Positions 9,493 through 18,000 are shown, counted from the stretch's first letter. The stretch is 20,000 nucleotides of DNA from an uncultured virus (IMG/VR IMGVR_UViG_3300035698_030196) (IMGVR_UViG_3300035698_030196); one strand, 5' to 3'. Notes: generated by a model from the letters alone, not told the origin. Translations and numbers: made by a program.

Positions 9493-10830
9493 TTAATTTT
9501 CTTCTTCTTCCGACATTCCACTCGAAAATGTGTCAGTGAAGAACAATGTTTCATCCCTTTCCTTCAACCAATCTCTAGCTACGAATAATTTACTTGTTTT
9601 ACTTCTCAACCATTCTATTGCCATTTCGTATGGTTTACACCTTTGTAATGAATTTTCATAATCTTCCATCGTGTCAAAGATTTCTAAAATTTCTTCTTCA
9701 TTCATATTTTTCATTTCATCCGCTTTTACAATATTCATCACGAATGGGAAATACTCATTGCCCTTTCTTTTTGTTAATGCATAATCTTTTCTAGATAAAC
9801 CTGATTTAACAAAACTATTATAAGCATCATCAATTTCATCTACCTTATCAGATATCGCTTTCTTAACAATCTTAATTATTTTATCAATTCTTTCAAAAGC
9901 TTCTTTCTCATCTTCTGGTACTTGTGCCAAAACATCATCAATCTTATCTTCTAATATGTAACCAATTATTATATTTTCTCTATATAAATCATTAGTTAAT
10001 AGACCATGAAGAGATAGATATTCTTGTGTTTTAATCTTAATCATTTGTCCATTATCAAATGTAATTACCCAACCTTCCTTACCTATTTCATTTTTGGACC
10101 TCTCCACTAAATCATCTATAGTTTGATGTTCATCTTCGAATGGTGCAATTTTAATACTACCTATCTTATCTAAATGATTTTTTATACAGACATGCTTTCC
10201 GGTAATATTATCTCTTAATCTTAATAAGATTAGTTCTTCATCTGTATATCTTAATACTATTCTATTTCGTGGTGAGACATACTCAAAGATTGCCGTTAAA
10301 TCATTATTATAACACCAATCAACAAATAACTTAACATCCGCGTTGTTCTTGTATATTCTATTTATACCAATTGCTTGTTCGTTGTCAAAACCCATTTTAG
10401 ACTTACCAATAACTTTACCATTGGGTAGTTTTATAAACGTAGCAATAGAACCATCTTCTTTATTATTAATATGTTTTACTTTGAAACCCTTAACAATGGA
10501 ATACATTGATTCGGGGACTTGATTTAAGTTAAAGAATTTTTCGAGTAATAAAAATCTATTAAACAATGAGCCATCTTTATTAAATACAAAACATAAGCCA
10601 CGTAACTCATGACCCTTGATATTTGGTTTATCTTTAATAGGATTATTAAAATCCTTAAACTGGGCCATTCTATAATTGAATGTTGACACTGTATAGCCTT
10701 CTATGGTGGTTTTAACCTCATAAAATGGTGATCCTTCATAGCTACACAATTCTATACAATCTTCATAAGTGGGTAAATGTCTATTATTATCAACACTTTC
10801 TTTAAATAATTTATATTTCTTTATTATCAT
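9493..10830 (-). CDS. rnlA: T4 Rnl1-like RNA ligase (445 aa from the ATG at 10830)
   Basis: ELRGLCFVF, EKFFNLNQ, motif I KEDGS, SK, FEYVSPRNRIV, LLRLRDN, motif IV EGWVI and motif V KIK. The track's start at 10869 is a TTG inside a promoter box. Confidence 0.9.
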   Translation of the reverse strand: MIIKKYKLFKESVDNNRHLPTYEDCIELCSYEGSPFYEVKTTIEGYTVSTFNYRMAQFKDFNNPIKDKPNIKGHELRGLCFVFNKDGSLFNRFLLLEKFFNLNQVPESMYSIVKGFKVKHINNKEDGSIATFIKLPNGKVIGKSKMGFDNEQAIGINRIYKNNADVKLFVDWCYNNDLTAIFEYVSPRNRIVLRYTDEELILLRLRDNITGKHVCIKNHLDKIGSIKIAPFEDEHQTIDDLVERSKNEIGKEGWVITFDNGQMIKIKTQEYLSLHGLLTNDLYRENIIIGYILEDKIDDVLAQVPEDEKEAFERIDKIIKIVKKAISDKVDEIDDAYNSFVKSGLSRKDYALTKRKGNEYFPFVMNIVKADEMKNMNEEEILEIFDTMEDYENSLQRCKPYEMAIEWLRSKTSKLFVARDWLKERDETLFFTDTFSSGMSEEEEN

Positions 10831-10838
10831 AATTAATT

Positions 10839-10848
10839 TATATATTAA
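10839..10848 (-). promoter_or_regulatory. Candidate phage late promoter box TTAATATATA
   Basis: 8 nt before the ligase ATG. Confidence 0.55.
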
Positions 10849-10866
10849 AATTAGAATATAGACATA

Positions 10867-10897
10867 CAAAGGTATCTATTTTTTGGGAAAAAACAAA
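10867..10897 (-). promoter_or_regulatory. Bacteroidota-type primary sigma promoter (-33/-7)
   Basis: Minus strand TTTG-N19-TACCTTTG; the -33 box lies in the 3' end of the endonuclease gene. Confidence 0.65.
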
Positions 10898-11766
10898 TCT
10901 AACAGACCATTTCTATAAGCATATGAAAATGACCCACTTGATTTTTTTTTAAATTCGTCTCTATGTTTATATTTCATGGCTTCTGTTTTACAACTTTCAT
11001 AATCCCACTTGTTAAATTTCGGCTTCATATGTGAGCAAATAATATTCATCCATTTATTTCTTCGACTCGCACTATAAGCATTTGGTGAATTTATACGAAA
11101 TTCATTTCTATATTTATATTTTTTAGCTTCTTCCTCACATTTTTCAAATGTCCATTTTATTGTCTTACCACCAACATTGCCACATTTGGCTATATTCAGA
11201 ATAACCCATCCTCTGTCTTCATATTCTTTGACTTTCAAACTTTCGAGTTTAGCGGCTTTATTAACATCAATATAATCAGTTAGTTGTCTTATAATAGGAT
11301 ATAATCCAGTTTTCTTATAATGTCTTAACACAATAGAATTGTTTTTAGTGTCTTTTAAGTGTTGTGATAATCTTCTCTCACAATTATAGGTTAATCCTAT
11401 ATAAATATTATTATCAGGGAATTCTATTGCATATATACATCGATTATATTTATTTCCGTTGCTAGTCATGTGGTCACATAATTCATCTTTCCAACCCATT
11501 TTACCAGATTTAACATAAGCAGTAGAAGAACCTTTTCCAAAATCACTTCTATTTGTATATTTTAAGGCTTCTTCGTGACATTTTTCCTTTGTCCAATAAT
11601 TTTTATCTTTCATTTTACGTTTTTTCATATGAAAACAAACTTCATCTAACCAATTATTTTTTAAACAAGCATTATAAGCACTTTGAGATTTTTTTTTAAA
11701 TTCATATCTAATTTTACAAGTTAATGCTAATTCAAGACACTTTTCTTTTGTCCATTTTTTCTTCAT
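10876..11766 (-). CDS. Free-standing GIY-YIG homing-type endonuclease with four ~45-aa repeats
   Basis: CIYAIEFPDNNIYIGLT...RRLSQH...E...ILN core, with two W(T/D)xExCxxxA...R.(E/D)F...S..AY repeats on each side. Confidence 0.85.
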   Translation of the reverse strand: MKKKWTKEKCLELALTCKIRYEFKKKSQSAYNACLKNNWLDEVCFHMKKRKMKDKNYWTKEKCHEEALKYTNRSDFGKGSSTAYVKSGKMGWKDELCDHMTSNGNKYNRCIYAIEFPDNNIYIGLTYNCERRLSQHLKDTKNNSIVLRHYKKTGLYPIIRQLTDYIDVNKAAKLESLKVKEYEDRGWVILNIAKCGNVGGKTIKWTFEKCEEEAKKYKYRNEFRINSPNAYSASRRNKWMNIICSHMKPKFNKWDYESCKTEAMKYKHRDEFKKKSSGSFSYAYRNGLLDLFFPKK

Positions 11767-11924
11767 TATAATATAATATTTTTTGTATCAATACCATGTT
11801 GTGTTAGATATTGTAATAAGATATGTTCTATCAATCTACTTTTATTCGTCGATAGTTTTTCTATTTTTTCAAGTATATTTTTATTTATACTTACTGAAAT
11901 CTTTTTCTTTCTCTTCTTTTCCAT
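11766..11924 (-). CDS. 52-aa ribbon-helix-helix-like DNA-binding protein (absent from the ORF track)
   Basis: Hand translation: MEKKRKKKISVSINKNILEKIEKLSTNKSRLIEHILLQYLTQHGIDTKNIIL. TAATG overlap with the endonuclease start. Confidence 0.75.
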   Translation of the reverse strand: MEKKRKKKISVSINKNILEKIEKLSTNKSRLIEHILLQYLTQHGIDTKNIIL

Positions 11925-11928
11925 ATTA

Positions 11929-11938
11929 TATATATTAA
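11929..11938 (-). promoter_or_regulatory. Candidate phage late promoter box TTAATATATA
   Basis: 4 nt before the ATG at 11924. Confidence 0.5.
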
Positions 11939-12028
11939 GTTTGAAAAGTGAAAAAGTGTGTTTTTAAGAATACTTTTATTTATTTATTTAACTTTTTTCT
12001 TTTTTTCGCATATAATAAGCAAAAAATC

Positions 12029-12196
12029 ATGGGACGTAATAAGAAGGAAGAAAAAGACAAGAAATCTAAGATTAATCTTAATATCAATGAGAATTTATTG
12101 GATAAGTTTGATAAGGTCATTAAGGAGGAGAAGAGATCAAAAGTTATTGAGAAGTTATTATTAGATTATATTGAGGAAAATAAAGATAAATTGTAA
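12029..12196 (+). CDS. 55-aa ribbon-helix-helix-like protein
   Basis: MGRNKKEEKDKKSKINLNINENLLDKFD...KRSKVIEKLLLDYI fits the alternating beta strand plus two helices pattern. The ATG at 12029 is preferred over the GTG at 11948. Confidence 0.75.
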   Translation: MGRNKKEEKDKKSKINLNINENLLDKFDKVIKEEKRSKVIEKLLLDYIEENKDKL

Positions 12197-12208
12197 ATAA
12201 AAAGATTA

Positions 12209-12240
12209 TTAGAGAATGATTTGTTCTCTAAGAATTTTTT
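12209..12240. terminator. Probable terminator between convergent genes
   Basis: TTAGAGAA-tgatttg-TTCTCTAA followed by a T-rich tract. Confidence 0.5.
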
Positions 12241-12260
12241 ATATTTTGTTATCATTTTTG

Positions 12261-12572
12261 TTATCTTCCTAATTTCCTTCTTAATCTTTCAAAATCTTCT
12301 TTATCTCTTAGATGTTGTAATCTATTCTTCTCAGCCTTTTTCTCAGAATTTAGTTTATCATAAACATCATCTAAATCAAAATCAATTAAATTTTTGAAAA
12401 GTTTGATTTCTGACAACTCTAGTTCACCAGTATATTCTTCTCTGATTTCTTCTGCTAGTTTTTCCTTAGCCTCTTCATCATCACCCGCTTCAATGGTTAT
12501 AAGTGTATTGGCACATCCGATTGTGTAATCACATCCTTCTCCCTTTTGTATTAAGTGTGCGTAGTATTTCAT
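12261..12572 (-). CDS. Hypothetical phage protein
   Basis: 103-aa ORF with GEGCDYTIGC and a charged helical C-terminus. Confidence 0.75.
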   Translation of the reverse strand: MKYYAHLIQKGEGCDYTIGCANTLITIEAGDDEEAKEKLAEEIREEYTGELELSEIKLFKNLIDFDLDDVYDKLNSEKKAEKNRLQHLRDKEDFERLRRKLGR

Positions 12573-12588
12573 AATTATTTTTTATTTT

Positions 12589-13071
12589 TTATATTATTCT
12601 ATATTGTATTTTAACATAAGCATATTCATCAGATGAATATTTCCCATTTTTATAATATTTTAGAACACCATCTTTTTCTCCTACTCCTGTGAATTTATAC
12701 AAAGGTAAGGAATAATCATTAGGATTAGTCACTTGTTGCGCTAAATCATTTACAAAAATAATAAATTTAGATTTAAACCCATCATCAGACAATCTATCTC
12801 TTATAGTAGACATGATATCTATAAGTTCATTAACTTCTTCTTCAATATTATCTAACTTAACTTGTCTTTTAAAATCAAAACTGGTAACAAAATCTGAATT
12901 ACCTGAGAAATATTCCCACCCATCATCAGTTAAATCATAGAAATAGTGCTTAAACTCATCTGATATTTTAATAAAACTACCATTACTACCATCCACTAAT
13001 CGTTTCCTATTAACAAATCCAAAATAAGATTGTATTTGTTTGTTCATTCTTTTAAGATCGTCTTCTTCCAT
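12589..13071 (-). CDS. Hypothetical phage protein, possibly a distant relative of the array fold
   Basis: 160-aa ORF; FKHYFYDLTDDGW loosely parallels the array's IKDILLxLxDxG segment. Confidence 0.7.
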   Translation of the reverse strand: MEEDDLKRMNKQIQSYFGFVNRKRLVDGSNGSFIKISDEFKHYFYDLTDDGWEYFSGNSDFVTSFDFKRQVKLDNIEEEVNELIDIMSTIRDRLSDDGFKSKFIIFVNDLAQQVTNPNDYSLPLYKFTGVGEKDGVLKYYKNGKYSSDEYAYVKIQYRII

Positions 13072-13080
13072 TTTAAATTA

Positions 13081-13386
13081 TTAATTAGCACCAAGATATG
13101 TAGTTTTGGAATTCCTTGAGGTCTTAGAGTTTCTTGTAGGTTTAACTTCTTTTTCTTCTTCATCATCTAATCTCTCAACACCACAAAATTTACACGTCTT
13201 TAGTGATGAAGCCATTGGACCACCACAATTATCACATTTATTCTTTACATTCTTGTTTTCCTTTTCTTGCCCAGGCATTCTTGGTTGAGGTGCTGGTTCA
13301 ACATTTGGTCTCGGTGTCCAAGGTTTTGATCGCATAAAGCTACCTTCTTCCTCATTAATTTCATCAAACTTTTTTAAATATTTCAT
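13081..13386 (-). CDS. Small zinc-ribbon protein with leader peptide
   Basis: MKYLKKFDEINEE leader, Pro-rich linker, CDNC-x10-CKFC. Confidence 0.75.
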   Translation of the reverse strand: MKYLKKFDEINEEEGSFMRSKPWTPRPNVEPAPQPRMPGQEKENKNVKNKCDNCGGPMASSLKTCKFCGVERLDDEEEKEVKPTRNSKTSRNSKTTYLGAN

Positions 13387-13430
13387 AATATATTCTTATT
13401 TTTTATTTACTTTAGTGTTTAAGATTATTT

Positions 13431-13751
13431 TTAATTGAAGATTATATTATTAGATAATAAATACCCACCTAATTTGTTGTAAATTGAATTTACTTCCTCA
13501 GTCCATTTCAATTCACCTTCTTTATACCCGATAATAGCTATGAAATAATAATCATCAGAATAAACAACATCAAATTTAAAAAGTGATTTAAAGTCTCTAA
13601 CAACTTCTACGAATCGTTTAAGTTCTTTCTCACCAATATTCTCACCATCTAAGCTATTGGTCATAACACCATCTATCTCATAACTTGATCCATCCATGAA
13701 AATATCATTCACATCACTGTTAAAATTTTCTATAAAGTTATATTTTTCCAT
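13431..13751 (-). CDS. Hypothetical phage protein
   Basis: 106-aa ORF; a TTAATAGATA variant box lies upstream at 13778-13787. Confidence 0.7.
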   Translation of the reverse strand: MEKYNFIENFNSDVNDIFMDGSSYEIDGVMTNSLDGENIGEKELKRFVEVVRDFKSLFKFDVVYSDDYYFIAIIGYKEGELKWTEEVNSIYNKLGGYLLSNNIIFN

Positions 13752-13809
13752 AATTATATTTTGTTTTGTTTATATACTATCTATTAAAATATAAAAGTAA
13801 TAAATGTAT

Positions 13810-13819
13810 TTAATATATA
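13810..13819 (+). promoter_or_regulatory. Candidate phage late promoter box TTAATATATA
   Basis: 6 nt before the ATG at 13826. Confidence 0.55.
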
Positions 13820-13825
13820 TTAAAT

Positions 13826-14434
13826 ATGGCTAATAAGTATTTAACAGATAAGGAAGGTAGGGCTTGGGATTTTGCAAGAGAATCACACCTGGGTCAAAAA
13901 CGAGCATTTTCCGGTTTAAGCTATTTCGATGCACATGTAGTAAAAGTTAATGGTATTCTTAAACAATTTACTACTGATGAGGATATGTTATGTGCTGCGA
14001 TACTACATGATGTGTTGGAGGATTGTTTTGATAATAAAGAAGAGGGTTATAATGTAATACTAGAAAACTTTGGAAAACGAGTTGCTGACTTAGTATTAGA
14101 ATTGACTTCTGATGGTAAGCAAATAAGACGACTTGGTAAAACAAAATACCTATCAATGAAAATGATAGGCATGAGTAGCGATGCGCTTACAATAAAATTA
14201 TGTGATAGATTTCAAAATATTGAAGATTCTTTCTCAGCAACTGAAAGTTTTAGAAACAGATATACTAAAGAAACTTTCAAGATAATTAAAGCATTAGAAG
14301 AATATAAAATATTAAATAGAACACATCGTAGAATAATTAATAATATTAGAGGTAAATTAAGAAATGTTAGAAAATTCTTTAAGAAAGAAAGTCTTAGCCA
14401 TTTGAAAACTTTTGAGAAATTCGTAAATAAATAA
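13826..14434 (+). CDS. RelA/SpoT-type HD domain, small alarmone hydrolase (Mesh1-like)
   Basis: FARESHLGQKR..SG..Y...H, AAILHDVLED, FGKRVADLVLELT and IKLCDRFQN; no synthetase domain. Confidence 0.88.
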   Translation: MANKYLTDKEGRAWDFARESHLGQKRAFSGLSYFDAHVVKVNGILKQFTTDEDMLCAAILHDVLEDCFDNKEEGYNVILENFGKRVADLVLELTSDGKQIRRLGKTKYLSMKMIGMSSDALTIKLCDRFQNIEDSFSATESFRNRYTKETFKIIKALEEYKILNRTHRRIINNIRGKLRNVRKFFKKESLSHLKTFEKFVNK

Positions 14435-14716
14435 TTATTTCAACACACTCAACATATATTCTATAAAAGCATTTGTTTCTTCATCATTAAATCGATCTAC
14501 AATCCACTGTCTATCTATATTATTATGACTTTCTTCAAAACTTTCAAAAAACCTTACTAGTGCCATTTCTATATCTGCGCTTTCCTTCTCAACATCTACC
14601 TCACCACTAACCTTTGGAAAATTTGGCAATTCAGTTAATTTAGTACTTCCATTTTCAACATCTATATTACCAGTAACTTCGGTGAAATTTTCATCAATTT
14701 TTTTTAAATGTCTCAT
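14435..14716 (-). CDS. Hypothetical protein with leader peptide
   Basis: MRHLKKIDENF leader; internal VTGNIDVE / VSGEVDVE repeat. Its stop codon abuts that of the HD gene. Confidence 0.7.
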   Translation of the reverse strand: MRHLKKIDENFTEVTGNIDVENGSTKLTELPNFPKVSGEVDVEKESADIEMALVRFFESFEESHNNIDRQWIVDRFNDEETNAFIEYMLSVLK

Positions 14717-14735
14717 ATATAATTTATTTATTTTT

Positions 14736-15245
14736 TTAACAAGCTAAGATACCATATCCTAAGAACATAGATAATACTAAAGCGTGTTCTACCCACCAAA
14801 TTGGTGATTTCTTTCTAGTAATTAAAAGTGTTGCTAATGCAATAACCACCATTGATACAGTCCAATACCACATACTATAATCTACACCAAAAGCAATTGC
14901 TATTATAGTAAAACCTGTAAATGCACTTATTAAATGTAAAGGTCTTACTTTTTTATAATGCATATTTGCAAATGCTGGGACTCCTGCTAATATCAAAGCA
15001 CCAACATTAGTTAAGCTAAATAGTTCTAATGACCCAACAGTGTCCATATACATATAAGAAACAGTCATAACACAAGCCATAGATAGCATTAAGAACCCTA
15101 CAAATGCCCAATGTGGCATAAAATAGAATGTTTCGCTTATAGATTTAGGGAATTCTAATTTAGGTTTATCATTATTAAAAACTTTAACACTAGAAATGGT
15201 GTAAGCTAAATATACAATAAGACCGAATAATAAAACATACAACAT
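14736..15245 (-). CDS. Polytopic membrane protein
   Basis: About 5-6 hydrophobic segments; SISETFY and LHLISA motifs. Confidence 0.75.
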   Translation of the reverse strand: MLYVLLFGLIVYLAYTISSVKVFNNDKPKLEFPKSISETFYFMPHWAFVGFLMLSMACVMTVSYMYMDTVGSLELFSLTNVGALILAGVPAFANMHYKKVRPLHLISAFTGFTIIAIAFGVDYSMWYWTVSMVVIALATLLITRKKSPIWWVEHALVLSMFLGYGILAC

Positions 15246-15264
15246 AATTTATATAATTTTTTAT

Positions 15265-15274
15265 TATATATTAA
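15265..15274 (-). promoter_or_regulatory. Candidate phage late promoter box TTAATATATA
   Basis: 19 nt before the ATG at 15245. Confidence 0.45.
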
Positions 15275-15275
15275 A

Positions 15276-16319
15276 TTACTCATATGTTATTTCTTCACAT
15301 ATATCTCTGTATTGGAATTTAGCAGATGATACAAAATTCTTCAACTCAGACAATGTTTCTGCGAATATAATAAAACCATGGTTTCTTAGATTCAAGCAGG
15401 TCTCACACAAATTATAAGATTTGTCTAATGCTTCAACTATTGAATCAACTTCTCTCATATCACCACATGGGAAATAATGATCAGTCATATTTACACCCTC
15501 TATGTAAGCATGTCCGTGAATTATGTAATTAATTTTTGTGAATTTCTTATACAATTCCAATTGTATTGACGTATCTACACTTGGTTTTCTATCACCTGAA
15601 TAAGTAATTTTATCATCAACTAAGTTAACTGGGATAAAATCCTCTGGTGTTAAAAAATCTTTTGGTGTATTTCTACCACTAACAAAAATAGAATCTAGTG
15701 TTCTCTGTGATGGGAATGTAAATGAACATCTTGTTGATGCGTTACCGAAATACCTACCACCTCTTTCACTCTCCACCTTTTCTGAAACAACTTTAATAAT
15801 ATCACAGAAATCTTGTTCAACTTCTGAATTAGTTTCTTTCTCAACTTTTTCTGAATTAACTCGAATCGATTCTTTAGTCCAGTAAGCTAGTTTCTCTATA
15901 GATTTTCTCAATTCGATAACATCGTCAGTATCTATCCATAAATTACCAAGAGCATCTATCAATTTAAATCGATATTTATCTCCCATTTTATAAATAGCAA
16001 TGACGGCATTAGCATTCATTTTGAATATTCTTCCAACTGCTTCACCAAGATTTTCGTCACTAACTTCACCTCTTATTACTTTAGAACAGATTAAGATTGA
16101 ACCTTTTTTCTTTCTTGGGTATTTTTTATCTATCTCATTGCTTATGTTAGGCATCCAGACAACTAAATCATAATCAACTACCATCTTTGTTGCAGTCTCT
16201 AAATTTTCAATAGTACCACCATTGAATAAATCTGCAAATAATGATGTTGCTAGTTTTTTTACAATTGATGATTGTTTTAAATCATCTCCGAAATTTCCTC
16301 CTACTACAAATCTTCTCAT
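15276..16319 (-). CDS. Class II aldolase/adducin-domain protein with an extra N-terminal domain
   Basis: GNASTR, KPSVDT, IIHGH and LRNHG motifs. The ATG at 16319 is preferred because the track's GTG at 16355 is in a terminator loop. Confidence 0.75.
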   Translation of the reverse strand: MRRFVVGGNFGDDLKQSSIVKKLATSLFADLFNGGTIENLETATKMVVDYDLVVWMPNISNEIDKKYPRKKKGSILICSKVIRGEVSDENLGEAVGRIFKMNANAVIAIYKMGDKYRFKLIDALGNLWIDTDDVIELRKSIEKLAYWTKESIRVNSEKVEKETNSEVEQDFCDIIKVVSEKVESERGGRYFGNASTRCSFTFPSQRTLDSIFVSGRNTPKDFLTPEDFIPVNLVDDKITYSGDRKPSVDTSIQLELYKKFTKINYIIHGHAYIEGVNMTDHYFPCGDMREVDSIVEALDKSYNLCETCLNLRNHGFIIFAETLSELKNFVSSAKFQYRDICEEITYE

Positions 16320-16331
16320 AATTCTTGTTTT

Positions 16332-16366
16332 AAAAAAAAGATTCCAAGCTCTCACACTTGGAATCT
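16332..16366 (-). terminator. Intrinsic terminator after the SPFH gene
   Basis: AGATTCCAAG-N8-CTTGGAATCT with a T-run on the minus strand. Confidence 0.8.
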
Positions 16367-16380
16367 CTTATAGTATTTAA

Positions 16381-17256
16381 TTATTGAATGAATGGTGTGC
16401 TTCCTTCTGGTACAATTATCTTCTCTACTCCAGATGTTGAGTATAAGATTTTCTGATTCTCAAGAGCTCTAAGCTTCAAGTATGATTGAGTTAATGAAGA
16501 CCCAACTATTACGTTATAAACTTTTTCTGCTTCAGCTTCTTTCGCTCTTACAACTACATTTTCTGTTGCTAACAATTTTCTATTCTGCATTCGTTTCATT
16601 TCTAATGCTTGATTAGCATCTTCTTCTTCTAGTTGAATTTCTCTTTGCTTTTTCTTTTCTTGAGCTTGAGTGATAATATCAGGATAATCAAAATTACTAT
16701 TTACTACGGAAACTACTTCAATTGGAGTATCTATTGTAGCTGCAATAATTTGTAACATAATTTCTGCTTCAATTTTATCTCTATTCTCTCTAATTTGTGT
16801 TGTTTCATATTTAGATACAACTGATCTTGAAATCGCATCTACTTTTGGTGCTACATAAGTGCTATAAAGAACATCAAAATCTATAATTCCTTTTTTCCCA
16901 CTCCATATAATTTTCCCACCTTGTCTGTCTAAGATATTTTTAATTTTTTCATCTTCACCCTCTGTGTTTATTCTTAGTCTTGCAAGAACATTGACATCGA
17001 AACTAAAATTTAATTCATCTTTACATAGAACGTCCATGTGAGATTGATAATTTGTTTCTGCGTTTTCTACTAAAATCATTTTGTCTCTTCCCCAACAAGT
17101 GTGGTGACCTGGTTGTAATACGACTCCGGTTAATCCCCCAGGCTTTTGGACCATTCCGATGTATCCAGGGTCTACTGTTTTATTGCAACTGGACAACATT
17201 ACTGCTGCCGCGAAGGCAAATAATAGCACTGGTAATCTACTTAAAAACTGTTTCAT
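16381..17256 (-). CDS. SPFH/Band 7 (prohibitin-like) lipoprotein
   Basis: Signal peptide with LSSC lipobox, VDPGYIG, LQPGHH, CKDELNFSFDV, FDYPDII and a coiled-coil tail. Confidence 0.8.
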   Translation of the reverse strand: MKQFLSRLPVLLFAFAAAVMLSSCNKTVDPGYIGMVQKPGGLTGVVLQPGHHTCWGRDKMILVENAETNYQSHMDVLCKDELNFSFDVNVLARLRINTEGEDEKIKNILDRQGGKIIWSGKKGIIDFDVLYSTYVAPKVDAISRSVVSKYETTQIRENRDKIEAEIMLQIIAATIDTPIEVVSVVNSNFDYPDIITQAQEKKKQREIQLEEEDANQALEMKRMQNRKLLATENVVVRAKEAEAEKVYNVIVGSSLTQSYLKLRALENQKILYSTSGVEKIIVPEGSTPFIQ

Positions 17257-17296
17257 TTTTTAATTGTGTTTAATTTATATTAATTTAATTGTGAAT

Positions 17297-17740
17297 TTAA
17301 TTCCATTTTTCGATGGTTTCATCGAGTATTTTTTGATTCTTAGCTTCTATCTTTTCTAATGCAGAATCATCAGTAATCTCTAAAAGAGTTTTATCTGTGT
17401 TTTCTATATCATCTTTTAATAATTCAGCTTTAGTTGGGATTGAATCTTGAGTCATTGGTGTTTCATTTAAACTGTGTCCGTCAACTGGATTAACCTCTGG
17501 TGTTGAGTTGCCTGGCCCGAATGCGAATGCGAAGAAAGCTACATAAACTACCATTAAGAACGCTTTAAATACTGTTCCTGCTACTTGACGTTTTTCTACC
17601 GGTTTTTCTTGTTTCCCTTTTCTAACAATATCAAATATTAGCATTAAAAATAATGCGATACCAATTGTGATAATTAATGTGTCTAACCAAAAATACAATC
17701 CTGTTCCTGTATTTGATAATGTTTTAAAAATGTGCTCCAT
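17297..17740 (-). CDS. Membrane protein with two TM helices and an acidic soluble tail
   Basis: Two hydrophobic segments; immediately upstream of the SPFH gene. Confidence 0.75.
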   Translation of the reverse strand: MEHIFKTLSNTGTGLYFWLDTLIITIGIALFLMLIFDIVRKGKQEKPVEKRQVAGTVFKAFLMVVYVAFFAFAFGPGNSTPEVNPVDGHSLNETPMTQDSIPTKAELLKDDIENTDKTLLEITDDSALEKIEAKNQKILDETIEKWN

Positions 17741-17751
17741 AGTTATTAATT

Positions 17752-17973
17752 TTAATTATTTTTATTTTCTTCTTTTAGTCTATCAAATTTAATTATGCTT
17801 TTGAAAGTAGCATATTGCTTATCACTTAAAACTTTAATTTGTCTTTTACCTAGTTCTTCCTTGCTAAGATACTTATTAGATTTAAGATTACGTTTCAGAG
17901 ATAAAATAAATGAATTCTCTCCGTCATATTTTCTAATTTCTTTGTTTAATTTATTTTTATCTTCTGTTCCCAT
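17752..17973 (-). CDS. Small basic hypothetical protein
   Basis: 73-aa ORF behind a TAnnTTTG box. Confidence 0.65.
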   Translation of the reverse strand: MGTEDKNKLNKEIRKYDGENSFILSLKRNLKSNKYLSKEELGKRQIKVLSDKQYATFKSIIKFDRLKEENKNN

Positions 17974-18000
17974 AATCTTATTTTTAAGTGGTTATTTGCA

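Noticed and set aside
10876..11766. Group I intron around the GIY-YIG gene
   Set aside because: Flanking genes are complete and there is no non-coding space for a ribozyme core.
10831..16355. Track start positions 10869, 11948 and 16355
   Set aside because: They are TTG/GTG codons within promoter, intergenic or terminator sequence; downstream ATGs at 10830, 12029 and 16319 fit better.
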